Positions 1 through 10,393 of a stretch of 64,000 bases of DNA are shown here, piece by piece. The stretch lies in NCBI GenBank assembly GCA_045643885.1, contig JAZRFY010000029.1:9443-73442 (forward strand), in the 5' to 3' direction. The DNA comes from Eubacteriales bacterium. GTDB taxonomy: Bacteria > Bacillota > Clostridia > Oscillospirales > CAG-272. The notes beneath the pieces are model-generated. The model saw nothing but the letters and a program-made list of their open reading frames with translations, was not told the origin of the DNA and searched no databases. Every line of letters begins with the position of its first letter. The stretch's first letter is position 1. Both the position numbers and the translations under genes were made by a program.

Positions 1-1116
1 GGACAGAAGGTTATCAAGGTGTTCAATCACGAAGGAATTTGTGAAGAAGAGTTTGACACGTTGAATAACGATATGAGAGATAAGCAGTTCAAGGCTCAGT
101 TCTTTGGTGGTATTATGGGACCAATTCTCGGTAATACGAGCCAGATCAGCTATGCAATTACTGCAGGTGTTGGTGGCGTGCTTTGTGTTTTGAATGGATT
201 CGACGTTGGTGGACTTTCCGTTTTCGTAAACTATTCAAGACAGTTCTCAATGCCCATCAATATGATTTCTCAGCAGATGAGCACGATCTTTTCAGCTTTG
301 GCAGGCGCAGAAAGAGTATTTGCTATCATGGATAGAGATCCCGAAAGTGATTTGATTGAAAATCCTAAATCTGCAAACGATATCAAGGGTGACGTTGTTC
401 TTGAAAACGTAACCTTTGGCTACAATCCCGATAAGACGATCCTTAAAAATATTTCTTTGTTTGCCCATCCAGGGCAAAAGATCGCGTTTGTTGGTTCAAC
501 AGGCGCAGGTAAAACAACAGTTACAAATCTTCTCAACCGCTTCTATGATATCGAGTCCGGAAGAATCACCATCGACGGAGTTGATATTAAGGAATATAAG
601 CTTTCTGAACTCAGAAAGAATATTGCCATGGTTCTTCAGGATACACACCTTTTCACTGGAACTATTATGGAAAATATTCGTTACGGAAGACTTGATGCAA
701 CTGATGAAGAGGTTATCGAGGCGGCTAAAACTGCCAGTGCTCACAGCTTTATTATGCGACTTTCAGATGGCTATAACACAGTTATTGAAGGTGACGGAGC
801 AAATCTTTCTCAGGGACAGCGTCAGCTTCTCAATATAGCAAGAGCGGCTCTTTCCAAAGCACCTATTCTTGTTCTTGACGAGGCAACAAGCTCCGTCGAT
901 ACAAGAACTGAGCGCCATATCGAGCACGGTATGGATAGACTTATGAAGAATAGAACCACATTTGTTATCGCGCATAGACTTTCAACAGTTCGTAACTCAA
1001 ATGCCATTATGGTGCTTGAGCAAGGTGAAATCGTTGAAAGAGGAACTCATGAAGAGCTCCTTGAAATGCAGGGAAGATACTACGAGCTTTACACAGGTAA
1101 AAAGGAATTGGATTAA
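1..1116 (+). CDS. ABC exporter permease/ATP-binding protein (5'-truncated by window edge)
   Basis: Walker A GSTGAGKT, signature LSQGQRQ, Walker B LVLDEATSSVD; TM segment upstream. Confidence 0.93.
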   Translation, partial: GQKVIKVFNHEGICEEEFDTLNNDMRDKQFKAQFFGGIMGPILGNTSQISYAITAGVGGVLCVLNGFDVGGLSVFVNYSRQFSMPINMISQQMSTIFSALAGAERVFAIMDRDPESDLIENPKSANDIKGDVVLENVTFGYNPDKTILKNISLFAHPGQKIAFVGSTGAGKTTVTNLLNRFYDIESGRITIDGVDIKEYKLSELRKNIAMVLQDTHLFTGTIMENIRYGRLDATDEEVIEAAKTASAHSFIMRLSDGYNTVIEGDGANLSQGQRQLLNIARAALSKAPILVLDEATSSVDTRTERHIEHGMDRLMKNRTTFVIAHRLSTVRNSNAIMVLEQGEIVERGTHEELLEMQGRYYELYTGKKELD

Positions 1117-1119
1117 TAG

Positions 1120-1151
1120 AAAACCTCAACGCTTTTTGCGTTGAGGTTTTT
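1120..1151 (+). terminator. Rho-independent terminator
   Basis: aaaacctcaacgc-tttt-tgcgttgaggttttt hairpin right after stop. Confidence 0.8.
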
Positions 1152-1171
1152 AAATTATTTTTAAAATGATA

Positions 1172-1216
1172 TTGCAAAACAAATAAATATATGTTATACT
1201 ATATATGTATGTACAT
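1172..1216 (+). promoter_or_regulatory. sigmaA-type promoter of uxuAB with possible GntR-family operator
   Basis: TTGCAA-17-TATACT with TG extension; imperfect palindrome TATGTATGTACATA just downstream. Confidence 0.55.
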
Positions 1217-1252
1217 AAAGTATTTATGACTAACTTATAGGAGGAAAGTAAT

Positions 1253-2296
1253 ATGAAAATGACATTCAGGCACTACGGACCTAACGATCCCGTAACTCTT
1301 GAACAAATTTCTCAAATTCCCAATATGTACTCCATCGTTTCAGCCGTTTATGACGTTCCCGCAGGTGGTGTTTGGAGCGAGGAGAGCATCAATGCAATCA
1401 AGTCAAGTGCTGAAGCTCACGGTCTCAAGTTTGAGGTCGTTGAGAGCGTTCCCGTTCCCGAGGATATTAAGCTTGGTAATGAAAAAGCACCTCAGCTTAT
1501 TGAAAACTATTGCGAAAATCTCAGAAGACTTGCTAAAGCAGGCGTTAAGTGCGTTTGCTACAACTTTATGCCCGTATTCGACTGGCTTAGAAGTGAGCTT
1601 GAGCATCAGGCAGAGGACGGTTCTAATAGCTTGGCTTATGACGAGCAGACAGTTCTCTCTATGAATCCTCTCGATGGTGGCCTTTCATTGCCCGGTTGGG
1701 ATGAAAGCTATACACTTGATGGTCTTCGTGACCTTCTTAAGCAGTACGAAGCAATTGACGAAGAGCAGCTTTGGAAGAACCTTGAGGCTTTCTTGACAAA
1801 GGTTATTCCCGTAGCTCACGAGGTTGGTATCAATATGGCTATCCACCCCGATGACCCGCCGTGGGGCATCTTCGGTCTTCCCAGAATTATCACTTGCGAA
1901 GAAAATCTTGAAAGATTCCTTAAAATTGTTGACCTTCCTGAAAACGGTCTTACATTCTGCACAGGATCACTTGGTGCTTCCACTGATAACGATCTTATCA
2001 AGATGAGTGCTAAGTTTGCAAAGAGAATTCACTTTGCTCACATCCGTAACGTTAAGCACACAGGTCCTCGTCAGTTCCATGAGGTAGCTCATCCTACAGA
2101 CTGTGGTTCTCTTGACATTTACGGTATCATGAAGGCTCTTCACGACAACGGCTTTGATGGCTATATGCGTCCCGACCACGGTAGAATGATCTGGGGTGAA
2201 AAGGGTAGATACGGATACGGCCTCTATGACCGTGCACTTGGTGCAACATATCTTCTCGGCCTTTGGGAAGCAATCGAAAAAGACGCCAAAAACTAA
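1253..2296 (+). CDS. uxuA: Mannonate dehydratase
   Basis: MKMTFR start, VESVPV, CYNFMPVFDW, HPDDPP, RPDHG, GYGLYDRALG motifs. Confidence 0.97.
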   Translation: MKMTFRHYGPNDPVTLEQISQIPNMYSIVSAVYDVPAGGVWSEESINAIKSSAEAHGLKFEVVESVPVPEDIKLGNEKAPQLIENYCENLRRLAKAGVKCVCYNFMPVFDWLRSELEHQAEDGSNSLAYDEQTVLSMNPLDGGLSLPGWDESYTLDGLRDLLKQYEAIDEEQLWKNLEAFLTKVIPVAHEVGINMAIHPDDPPWGIFGLPRIITCEENLERFLKIVDLPENGLTFCTGSLGASTDNDLIKMSAKFAKRIHFAHIRNVKHTGPRQFHEVAHPTDCGSLDIYGIMKALHDNGFDGYMRPDHGRMIWGEKGRYGYGLYDRALGATYLLGLWEAIEKDAKN

Positions 2297-2313
2297 TTTA
2301 TAGGAGATTTACA

Positions 2314-3141
2314 ATGAGTAATAAAGTTTGTGTTATTACAGGTGCAGGTGGCATTCTTTGCTCATCTTTTGCTGAAGAAATGGCAAAGCAGGGCTATAAG
2401 GTAGCTCTTCTTGACCTTAACGATGCAGCTGCTCAGGTAGTTGCTGATAGAATCAACGCTGAGGGTGGCGTTGCAAAGGCATACAAGGTTAACTGCCTTG
2501 AAAAGGAAAGCATTGAGGCAGCTCACGAGGCTATTCTCAATGACCTTGGCAAGTGCACAATCCTTATCAACGGCGCAGGTGGTAATAGCCCCAGAGCAAC
2601 AACTGATAAGGAATACTATGAAGTTGGTGACGAAGATAGAGAAGATATTAAGACATTCTTCAATCTTGATAAGTCTGGCTTTGATTTTGTATTCAACCTT
2701 AACATTATGGGAACACTTCTTCCCACACAGGTTTTTGCAAAGGACATGCTCGGTCAGGAAGGATGCTCAATTCTTAACATTTCTTCTATGAACGCATACC
2801 GTCCTCTTACAAAGATTCCTGCATACAGCGCAGCAAAGTCCGGTATTTCTAACTTCACACAGTGGCTTGCAGTTCACTTTGCAGGTGCCGGTATCAGAGT
2901 TAACGGTATTGCTCCCGGTTTCTTTGTAACAAACCAGAACAGAGCGCTCCTCTTTAATGAAGACGGTACTCCCACAGCGAGAACAAACAAGATTCTCAAT
3001 GCAACACCTATGAAGAGATTCGGTGAATCCGAAGAGCTTCTCGGCACACTCAGATTCCTTACAAATCCTGCAGAATCAGGCTTTGTAACAGGTATCATCA
3101 TTCCCGTTGACGGCGGTTTCTCCGCTTATTCAGGAGTTTAA
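2314..3141 (+). CDS. uxuB: D-mannonate oxidoreductase, SDR family
   Basis: TGAGG, NGAGGN, YSAAK motifs; adjacent to uxuA; RBS aggag before ATG 2314. Confidence 0.88.
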   Translation: MSNKVCVITGAGGILCSSFAEEMAKQGYKVALLDLNDAAAQVVADRINAEGGVAKAYKVNCLEKESIEAAHEAILNDLGKCTILINGAGGNSPRATTDKEYYEVGDEDREDIKTFFNLDKSGFDFVFNLNIMGTLLPTQVFAKDMLGQEGCSILNISSMNAYRPLTKIPAYSAAKSGISNFTQWLAVHFAGAGIRVNGIAPGFFVTNQNRALLFNEDGTPTARTNKILNATPMKRFGESEELLGTLRFLTNPAESGFVTGIIIPVDGGFSAYSGV

Positions 3142-3200
3142 TTTAATAATGAAAAAGCAAGTAGATTTTTTCTGCTTGCTTTTTTGTATAAAACATAAAA

Positions 3201-3359
3201 ATGGATAAAGCCCGAGCCATATATAAAGGATCCGTATCCTACACCGAGGCAGAGCTTCGCGAAAGAGAAGAACGCGAGAGACGCGCCAAGGAGGAAAGGC
3301 TCAAAGCGGAGTTCACGGCTTTCATTGAACGAATGCGACAAAAAACTCCTAATACTTGA
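3201..3359 (+). pseudogene. Fragment resembling the C-terminus of a phage tail-region (pre-tape-measure) protein
   Basis: Reads KPEPYIKDPYP in one frame, then TEAELREREERERRAKEERLKAEFTAFIERMRQK in another; GC-richer than flanks; recognised by eye only. Confidence 0.45.
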
Positions 3360-3384
3360 CATTTTCTCCAAATTGTGCTATAAT
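3356..3384 (+). promoter_or_regulatory. Consensus sigmaA promoter
   Basis: TTGACA-17-TATAAT with TG extended -10. Confidence 0.85.
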
Positions 3385-3431
3385 GTCGGCGTAAAATACC
3401 CGCCGGGGTTATACGGAGAAAGTGGAATATT

Positions 3432-4322
3432 ATGAAAATTTGTGAAAATTGTAGAGCTGAATTGAATGATGAAGCGATTTTTTGCTCTAAGTGTGGAACA
3501 AAAGCAAGTGAAACAAAACCACTAGAAGAAAAAACAATCGAAACAGAACCAATTAAAATTCACCCATCAGCAGGTGAAACTAATACACATAAAAAATCAA
3601 AAAAGAATGCTTTTATTATTGGTGGTGTGGTTGTAGCGGTCCTGATTCTAGCACTTTTGATAGTATTATTAACTAAACCTCAGACACCAGTAGTGGAAAC
3701 AGTTACAATCCCTGATATCGAAAAACTAGATGTAGATACCGCTAAAACTTTGTTAGCCAACAAAGGACTTATTCCCAAGGTGGAGTATGAATTTAATAAT
3801 TATTATGATGCCGGTTTGGTTATTCGCACTGTACCAGAAATTGGAAGCAATGTAGAGAAAGATACTCCTGTAACGATTTATATTTGCAAAGGGCCTTCTT
3901 ATTACGAGTTACCTTCCTCTCTTGCTGCTATCTATGACATTGATGGTATAGAAGAATTTGTTTCTTGGACAGACGCGGAGGATGGTTGGGGAACAAAAGG
4001 ACATACCAAAGTATGGGTTGAAAATGGATATTTATATATCACCATGTATATTGGATGTATATCTAAATACGACATTGAATTTTACGGAGATTTTGGTGAC
4101 GCTTCCATTAATGACACTTTTGACAAAACCGTACCTATTGATGTAATATATGATTCAAAAAAAATAGACAATACTGGAAAAAGAACATATTTTGATTTCA
4201 AAATACCATTAAGCGATTTGGGTGTACAGAAGCCAACAAACATAAATATTAGATATTATCTAAGAGTCAACGGCGAGCGTAAAACTGGCTATGCATATTT
4301 TGATTTGACTTGGGGCCAATAA
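3432..4322 (+). CDS. Zinc-ribbon / single-TM / PASTA-domain membrane protein
   Basis: N-terminal CxxC..CxxC, one TM helix, PASTA-like IPDIEKLDVDTAKTLL..GLVIRTVPEIG. Confidence 0.8.
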   Translation: MKICENCRAELNDEAIFCSKCGTKASETKPLEEKTIETEPIKIHPSAGETNTHKKSKKNAFIIGGVVVAVLILALLIVLLTKPQTPVVETVTIPDIEKLDVDTAKTLLANKGLIPKVEYEFNNYYDAGLVIRTVPEIGSNVEKDTPVTIYICKGPSYYELPSSLAAIYDIDGIEEFVSWTDAEDGWGTKGHTKVWVENGYLYITMYIGCISKYDIEFYGDFGDASINDTFDKTVPIDVIYDSKKIDNTGKRTYFDFKIPLSDLGVQKPTNINIRYYLRVNGERKTGYAYFDLTWGQ

Positions 4323-4343
4323 CAAATAAATATTCAGAACGCC

Positions 4344-4381
4344 AAGAGCGTCTATCGTAATGATAGACGCTCTTTTATTTT
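4344..4381 (+). terminator. Rho-independent terminator
   Basis: aagagcgtctatc-gtaat-gatagacgctctt followed by T-rich run. Confidence 0.85.
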
Positions 4382-4408
4382 CCTCTCCTAAAAGCGAGGT
4401 GATTCATT

Positions 4409-4528
4409 GTGGGAGAAGTAACCATTGATTCTATTCAGATAGAAATAGAGAGCAATTCTGCAAATGCCTCCAAGGGTTTGGATGCTCTCGCAGAGACACT
4501 TCAAAAGCTCAAGAAAAACGGCTTTTAG
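4409..4528 (+). pseudogene. Truncated N-terminus of a phage tape-measure-like protein
   Basis: RBS gaggtga, GTG start, MGEVTIDSIQIEIESNSANASKGLDALAETLQKLKKNGF then stop. Confidence 0.5.
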
Positions 4529-4574
4529 ATAGAACAAATAAAAAACACGGCACTTATATAAGTACCGTGTTGAT

Positions 4575-5138
4575 TTAGTTTTCATAAATATCTCCACTAC
4601 CCATTTTTCTTTCCCAAACACCTTTGAGCAAGATCATTTCTTTGTTAGAAAGAGAGGCTTGAACGTCAATGATATTTTGATTGGAAGAGCCTCTGAAAAG
4701 GAGAGCTGAGCTTTTAAGCTCTTCGACAAATCTTCCGTCCACCAATACGTCAATCAGTTCAAGCAGCTCTCTTACGCTTTCTTGATTTGAAAGTGCCTTT
4801 GGTAAAAGCTCTTTGTTAAATTCAAATCCACTAAAGCACCAAATGCTTTTGTCGGGTAATTTTTTCTTAAATTGCTTTAAAAGATCTATAAGAGCTAACT
4901 GATTTTCCGGTTCGAACGGCTCTCCTCCCAAAAGAGTGAGACCATCAATAAAAGACGGGGAAGTGGCATTGATGATTTTGTCAATTTCGGCTTGCGTGAA
5001 CTCATTGCCAAAATTGAAATTCCACGTTTCGGGGTTGAAGCATCCCTTGCAATGGTGTCTGCAACCACTGACGAAAAGAGAAGTTCTGACACCAGGTCCG
5101 TTCGCTATATCGTTTTCTCTTATAAGCGCGTAATTCAT
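4575..5138 (-). CDS. nrdG: Anaerobic ribonucleotide reductase activating protein
   Basis: NGPGVR, CxxxCxxC radical SAM motif, FRGSSNQ. Confidence 0.96.
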   Translation of the reverse strand: MNYALIRENDIANGPGVRTSLFVSGCRHHCKGCFNPETWNFNFGNEFTQAEIDKIINATSPSFIDGLTLLGGEPFEPENQLALIDLLKQFKKKLPDKSIWCFSGFEFNKELLPKALSNQESVRELLELIDVLVDGRFVEELKSSALLFRGSSNQNIIDVQASLSNKEMILLKGVWERKMGSGDIYEN

Positions 5139-5190
5139 AAATAACCTCTGAATAACTATCCCTTGCCATTAGCAAGGGATAGATTTTTTA

Positions 5191-7365
5191 TTAAAGATGA
5201 AGAACTCTTTCCTTGATTTCGTGAGTTCTGCCCTGATTCCAATACTGTGTACCGATATATCCGCAAGTACGACGAGCAACGTTCATAGCGGACTGATCAA
5301 TGTTTCCACAGTTGGGACATTTCCAAATGAGCTTGCCGTCATCCTCAACGATTTCAATCTCACCGTCGAATCCACAAGCCTGACAGTAGTCGCTCTTGGT
5401 ATTGAGCTCGGCATACATTATGTTATCATAAATGAAACGCATAACGGAAAGAACAGCGTCAAGATTGTTCTGCATGTTAGGAACTTCAACGTAGGAGATA
5501 GCGCCACCGGGAGAAAGTGCCTGGAACTTGGATTCGATACTAAGCTTCTTAAATGCATCGATCTCTTCTGTTACGTGAATATGATAACTGTTTGTGATAT
5601 AGGATTTATCGGTAATACCCTTGATGATGCCAAAACGCTTTTGCAAGGATTTTGCAAATTTGTATGTTGTGCTTTCAAGAGGAGTTCCGTAAAGTGAGTA
5701 GTCAATGCATTCCTCAGCCTTCCATTTAGCTGTGTATTCATTGAGCTTCTTCATAATTTCAAGACCGAGTGCCTCGCCGTCGGGTTCTGTGAGCTTCTTT
5801 CCGTTGAGGGAAAGAACGCACTCCCAAAGACCTGCAAAGCCAAGGGAAATAGTAGAATAGCCGCCGTGAAGGTATTTGTCGATGGTTTCTCCCTTAGGAA
5901 GACGAAGGAGAGCACCGTGCTGCCAAAGGATGGGAGCCGCGTCGGAAAGTGTACCTGTAAGACGCTCGTGACGGCACTGGAGAGCTCTGTGACAAAGCTC
6001 CATTCTTTCGTCAAAGATTTTCCAGAATGTATCCATATCACCTTGTGCGGAAAGACCGATATCTACAAGGTTAACCGTTACAACACCCTGGTTGAATCTT
6101 CCGTAATACTTAGGCTGTCCGTTTTCGTCGAGGTAAGGAGTCAAAAAGCTTCTGCAACCCATACAAGTATAGCAATGTCCGTCACCGTTTTTGTCAATCT
6201 TGTTTTTGAGCATTATCTTTTCAGAGATATAGTCGGGAACCATTCTCTTAGCCGTGCATTTAGCTGCGAGCTTTGTAAGATAGTAATAGGGAGTTCCTTC
6301 TGCGATATTGTCCTCTTCAAGCACGTAGATGAGCTTGGGAAAGGCAGGAGTTACCCAAACACCCTTTTCGTTCTTAACGCCCTTATATCTTTGCTTGAGT
6401 GTTTCTTCGATAATAATGGCAAGGTCACGTTTTTCACGCTCGTTCTTTGCCTCGTTAAGATACATGAATACTGTAACAAATGGAGCTTGTCCATTTGTTG
6501 TCATAAGTGTTACGACCTGATACTGGATAGTCTGAACGCCACTTCTGATTTCTTCAAGGAGGCGATCTTCAGTGATTCTGTCAATATCTTCAGCAGAAAC
6601 GTCGGTATTGATGCTGAGAAGCTCTCTTTCAACGTTAACTCTGATTTTCTTTCTGCTTATGTCTACAAATGGAGCAAGGTGTGTAAGGCTGATACTTTGA
6701 CCGCCGTACTGGCAAGATGCAACCTGTGCAATAATCTGAGTGGCAATGTTACAAGCAGTAGAGAAGCTGTGAGGCTTTTCAATCATTGTTCCACTGATAA
6801 CAGTGCCGTTTTGAAGCATATCCTCAAGATTAACAAGGTCGCAGTTGTGCATATGCTGAGCAAAATAGTCAGAGTCATGGAAATGGATGATTCCTTTTTC
6901 GTGAGCTTCAACTATTTCTGTGGGAAGGAGAATACGCTTTGTGATATCCTTGCTTACTTCGCCTGCCATATAGTCGCGCTGAACACTATTTACTGTAGGA
7001 TTTTTATTTGAGTTTTCTTGTTTAACCTCTTCGTTATTGCATTCGATAAGGCTAAGAATCTGTTCGTCAGTAGTATTGGATTTTCTGATGAGCGTATGAT
7101 TATAGCGATATGTAATATATCTTCTTGCAACGTCGAAAGCGCGTTGATTCATGATCTGATCTTCGACCATATCTTGAATTTCTTCAACGTTTAATGAACG
7201 GTTCATATGTGATGCCGCCATCTCAACGTCTTCAGCTATTCTTTTGATCTGTATTTCGGACATGCGGGCACTTGGAACAACACTTTCGTTTGCTTTTGTA
7301 ACCGCTATAATAATTTTATTGGGGTCGAAAGTAACCTCTGAGCCATTTCTTTTGATTATTTTCAT
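5191..7365 (-). CDS. nrdD: Anaerobic (class III) ribonucleoside-triphosphate reductase
   Basis: N-terminal ATP cone, MGCRS, C-terminal CxxC..CxxC and RRTCGYIG glycyl-radical motif. Confidence 0.97.
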   Translation of the reverse strand: MKIIKRNGSEVTFDPNKIIIAVTKANESVVPSARMSEIQIKRIAEDVEMAASHMNRSLNVEEIQDMVEDQIMNQRAFDVARRYITYRYNHTLIRKSNTTDEQILSLIECNNEEVKQENSNKNPTVNSVQRDYMAGEVSKDITKRILLPTEIVEAHEKGIIHFHDSDYFAQHMHNCDLVNLEDMLQNGTVISGTMIEKPHSFSTACNIATQIIAQVASCQYGGQSISLTHLAPFVDISRKKIRVNVERELLSINTDVSAEDIDRITEDRLLEEIRSGVQTIQYQVVTLMTTNGQAPFVTVFMYLNEAKNEREKRDLAIIIEETLKQRYKGVKNEKGVWVTPAFPKLIYVLEEDNIAEGTPYYYLTKLAAKCTAKRMVPDYISEKIMLKNKIDKNGDGHCYTCMGCRSFLTPYLDENGQPKYYGRFNQGVVTVNLVDIGLSAQGDMDTFWKIFDERMELCHRALQCRHERLTGTLSDAAPILWQHGALLRLPKGETIDKYLHGGYSTISLGFAGLWECVLSLNGKKLTEPDGEALGLEIMKKLNEYTAKWKAEECIDYSLYGTPLESTTYKFAKSLQKRFGIIKGITDKSYITNSYHIHVTEEIDAFKKLSIESKFQALSPGGAISYVEVPNMQNNLDAVLSVMRFIYDNIMYAELNTKSDYCQACGFDGEIEIVEDDGKLIWKCPNCGNIDQSAMNVARRTCGYIGTQYWNQGRTHEIKERVLHL

Positions 7366-7426
7366 ATTAACCTCCCTGTTATGATATATATATGATAAAA
7401 TAACGAAAAATTCGACATATTAATTA

Positions 7427-7473
7427 TAACTATATATTGTGTCTAAGTCAATAGCAAAAACAATATATTGTTA
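7427..7473. promoter_or_regulatory. Tandem NrdR boxes
   Basis: taACTATATATTGTgt (7427-7442) and aaACAATATATTGTta (7458-7473), 31 bp apart, upstream of nrdD. Confidence 0.8.
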
Positions 7474-7655
7474 TTTTTGTTAGATACATACAATTTTTTA
7501 CTTTGTTTTTTGAACACTTTGTATTAATAAGAAAATTTAAGGAATTTTTAAGGTTCTTATTGTAATATAAGATGAAAAAATTATCCATTATTATTGAATT
7601 TTATTCATTTTAGTGCTATAATAAGTTGTTACAAAATATTTTATCAGGGGGCAAT

Positions 7656-10373
7656 ATGTTAGAGCTCAAAAATATAAAAAAGGTATATGGAAAGGATGAG
7701 GCTGCGGTCGAAGCTCTTAAGGGAGTCAGCATCAAGTTTCGCGAAAGCGAATTCGTTTCAATTTTGGGGCAGTCCGGATGCGGTAAGACCACATTGCTTA
7801 ATATTGTAGGTGGCCTTGACCAATATACTAGTGGAGACCTTATCATTAACGGAATCTCTACAAAAAATTATAAGGATGCAGACTGGGATACATATAGAAA
7901 CCACTCAATCGGTTTCATATTCCAAAGCTATAACCTTATTCCTCACCAAACTGTTCTTGCAAACGTAGAGCTTGCTTTAACACTTAGTGGTATTTCTAAA
8001 AATGAAAGAAGAAAGAGGGCTGTTCAGGCTCTTGATAAGGTTGGTCTTAGAAATCATATGAATAAGCGTCCCAATCAGCTTTCAGGTGGTCAGATGCAAA
8101 GAGTTGCTATAGCTCGTGCGCTTATCAATAATCCTGATATTTTGCTTGCGGATGAACCTACAGGTGCTCTTGACTCTGAAACAAGTATTCAGGTTATGGA
8201 CCTTCTCAAGGAGATTGCTAAGGATAGACTTGTAATCATGGTTACTCATAACCCTGAGCTTGCAGAGGAATATTCAACAAGAATAATCAGTCTTCGCGAC
8301 GGCAATCTCGTTGGAGATACAGATCCTTTTGAGGAAGAACCTATCGAGAGTGAACAAACTCCCGTTAAAGCTAACGTTCCTAAAAAGAAGAAGGCGTCAA
8401 TGTCTTTTTGGACAGCTATGTCCCTCTCCTTTAATAACTTGATGACTAAAAAGGGAAGAACCTTCTTAACTTCCTTTGCAGGATCTATCGGTATTATCGG
8501 TATTGCATTGATTATGGCAGTATCCACCGGTGTTAATGCATATATCAAATCAATTGAAGAAAATACAATGTCTTCATATCCTCTTCAGATTCATCAAAGC
8601 ACTATGAATTCAACTGCTATGATGTCTTCAATGATGCAAAGACCTTCAGTTGAAGAAAACAGAGATCCCAACAAGGTATATACAAGCCAGATTATGGTGC
8701 AGATGATGTCCACTATGACAGAGTCAGTTGCAACTAATAACCTTCAGAAGTTCAAGACCTTCCTTGATGGAAATCCTGAAATCTGGGATTATTGCTCCGA
8801 TATCAAGTATTCATACTCTGCTAATTTGAATACATACATTCGTTTGGAAGACGGTACGTATAAGAATAGCTCACAGGGACTTAATGCAATGTATGAGTCC
8901 ATGGGTGTTACAGGTGTATCCAAGGAAATGATGTCTTCAATGGCATCCATGATGGGTGGAGTTGGCAGCGTTACAGGATGGACTGAGCTTATAGGCTCTA
9001 CTGAAAACATTATGAAGGAATATGAGCTTGTTGACGGTAAATATCCTACGGCAAGCAATGAAATCGTCCTTATAGTTGACGAAAACAATCAGATTTCCGA
9101 CTATACTCTCTACGTTCTCGGTATTCGCGATTTCGCCGAGGTTGAAGAGTATATGAAGCATGCAATCGAGGCTCATCTTGCAGGAAAGGAAAACACATAC
9201 GTAATTCCAGCCTCTGAATATACCTTCGATGAAATCTATGATTTTGAATTCAAGGTGCTTCTTGACAGTGACCATTTTGTTATCGATAGTGGAAAAATTA
9301 GAAAGCTTGATTCAAGTAACGAAAAAGACCTCGAAACCTTGAACAGCCGTCTTGAAAATGCTATGAAGCTTAAAATTGTCGGTATCGTAAAGCCCGTGGA
9401 CGATTCAATGAATATGTCTAATATCGGTACTATCGGTTATATGTCCAAGCTTATGACTGACGTTATCGCAAAGGGAAATAGCAGTGACGTTGTCAAGGCG
9501 CAAATTTCCAATCCTGAAGTTGATATGTTTACAGGAATAAGATTTGATTCAAAGGGCTATACTCTTGATGATATTCCGATTTTGAAGGAGCTTATCAACG
9601 TATTGCCTTCAACAGATACGTCATTCATTCTTGAATACGTTCTTGAAATGTTTGAGCTTAGCTCTCTTACCGAAATAATTAAGCAATATATTCCTACTGA
9701 TTCAACTTCACTTGCCAATATGATTCTTGATTATATAAATAAGGATAAAATAACAACTAATACCTATGGTGGCAACCTTAATAAGCTTGGTTATATAGAC
9801 GTTAATAATCCCAGCTCTATTTCCATTTATCCCAAGGATTTTGAGTCAAAAGAAAAGATAAATCAGATAATTTCCGAATATAACTCCGTTCAGAATGACG
9901 ATGATAAAATCCTCTATACAGATACTGTTGCGTTGCTTATGAATTCAGTAACAACAATCGTTGACGCAATTTCTTATGTACTTATTGCATTCGTTGCAAT
10001 TTCTCTTGTGGTTTCATCAATTATGATTGGTATCATCACATATATTTCTGTTCTTGAAAGAACAAAGGAAATTGGTATTCTTCGTGCAATCGGTGCATCT
10101 AAGAGAGATATCGGAAGAGTATTTAATGCCGAAACTCTGTTCGTTGGTTTGGTTGCAGGTATTATAGGTATTGTGTCCTCACTTGGATTGATAGTAATTA
10201 TCAACATAATCCTTTATCACTTTACCGAAATCGCATCACTTAAGGCAGCTCTTGATCCTCTTGCGGCAATAGTACTTATTGTTATTAGTATGGCTCTTAC
10301 CTTTATTGCTGGTTTGTTGCCCTCTAAAACAGCTTCTAATAAGGATCCTGTTATCGCTCTCAGAACCGAATAA
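7656..10373 (+). CDS. MacB/FtsX-type ABC transporter, fused ATPase-permease
   Basis: GQSGCGKT, LSGGQMQR, LADEPTGALD; C-terminal ERTKEIGILRAIGA FtsX motif. Confidence 0.93.
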   Translation: MLELKNIKKVYGKDEAAVEALKGVSIKFRESEFVSILGQSGCGKTTLLNIVGGLDQYTSGDLIINGISTKNYKDADWDTYRNHSIGFIFQSYNLIPHQTVLANVELALTLSGISKNERRKRAVQALDKVGLRNHMNKRPNQLSGGQMQRVAIARALINNPDILLADEPTGALDSETSIQVMDLLKEIAKDRLVIMVTHNPELAEEYSTRIISLRDGNLVGDTDPFEEEPIESEQTPVKANVPKKKKASMSFWTAMSLSFNNLMTKKGRTFLTSFAGSIGIIGIALIMAVSTGVNAYIKSIEENTMSSYPLQIHQSTMNSTAMMSSMMQRPSVEENRDPNKVYTSQIMVQMMSTMTESVATNNLQKFKTFLDGNPEIWDYCSDIKYSYSANLNTYIRLEDGTYKNSSQGLNAMYESMGVTGVSKEMMSSMASMMGGVGSVTGWTELIGSTENIMKEYELVDGKYPTASNEIVLIVDENNQISDYTLYVLGIRDFAEVEEYMKHAIEAHLAGKENTYVIPASEYTFDEIYDFEFKVLLDSDHFVIDSGKIRKLDSSNEKDLETLNSRLENAMKLKIVGIVKPVDDSMNMSNIGTIGYMSKLMTDVIAKGNSSDVVKAQISNPEVDMFTGIRFDSKGYTLDDIPILKELINVLPSTDTSFILEYVLEMFELSSLTEIIKQYIPTDSTSLANMILDYINKDKITTNTYGGNLNKLGYIDVNNPSSISIYPKDFESKEKINQIISEYNSVQNDDDKILYTDTVALLMNSVTTIVDAISYVLIAFVAISLVVSSIMIGIITYISVLERTKEIGILRAIGASKRDIGRVFNAETLFVGLVAGIIGIVSSLGLIVIINIILYHFTEIASLKAALDPLAAIVLIVISMALTFIAGLLPSKTASNKDPVIALRTE

Positions 10374-10393
10374 AATAGAAAGACGGTATTTCA

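Noticed and set aside
5866..7011. 381-aa plus-strand ORF and similar long antisense ORFs (e.g. 51703-52404, 52909-53565, 32956-33552)
   Set aside because: Shadow frames of nrdD, relA and ymdB; no motifs or RBS
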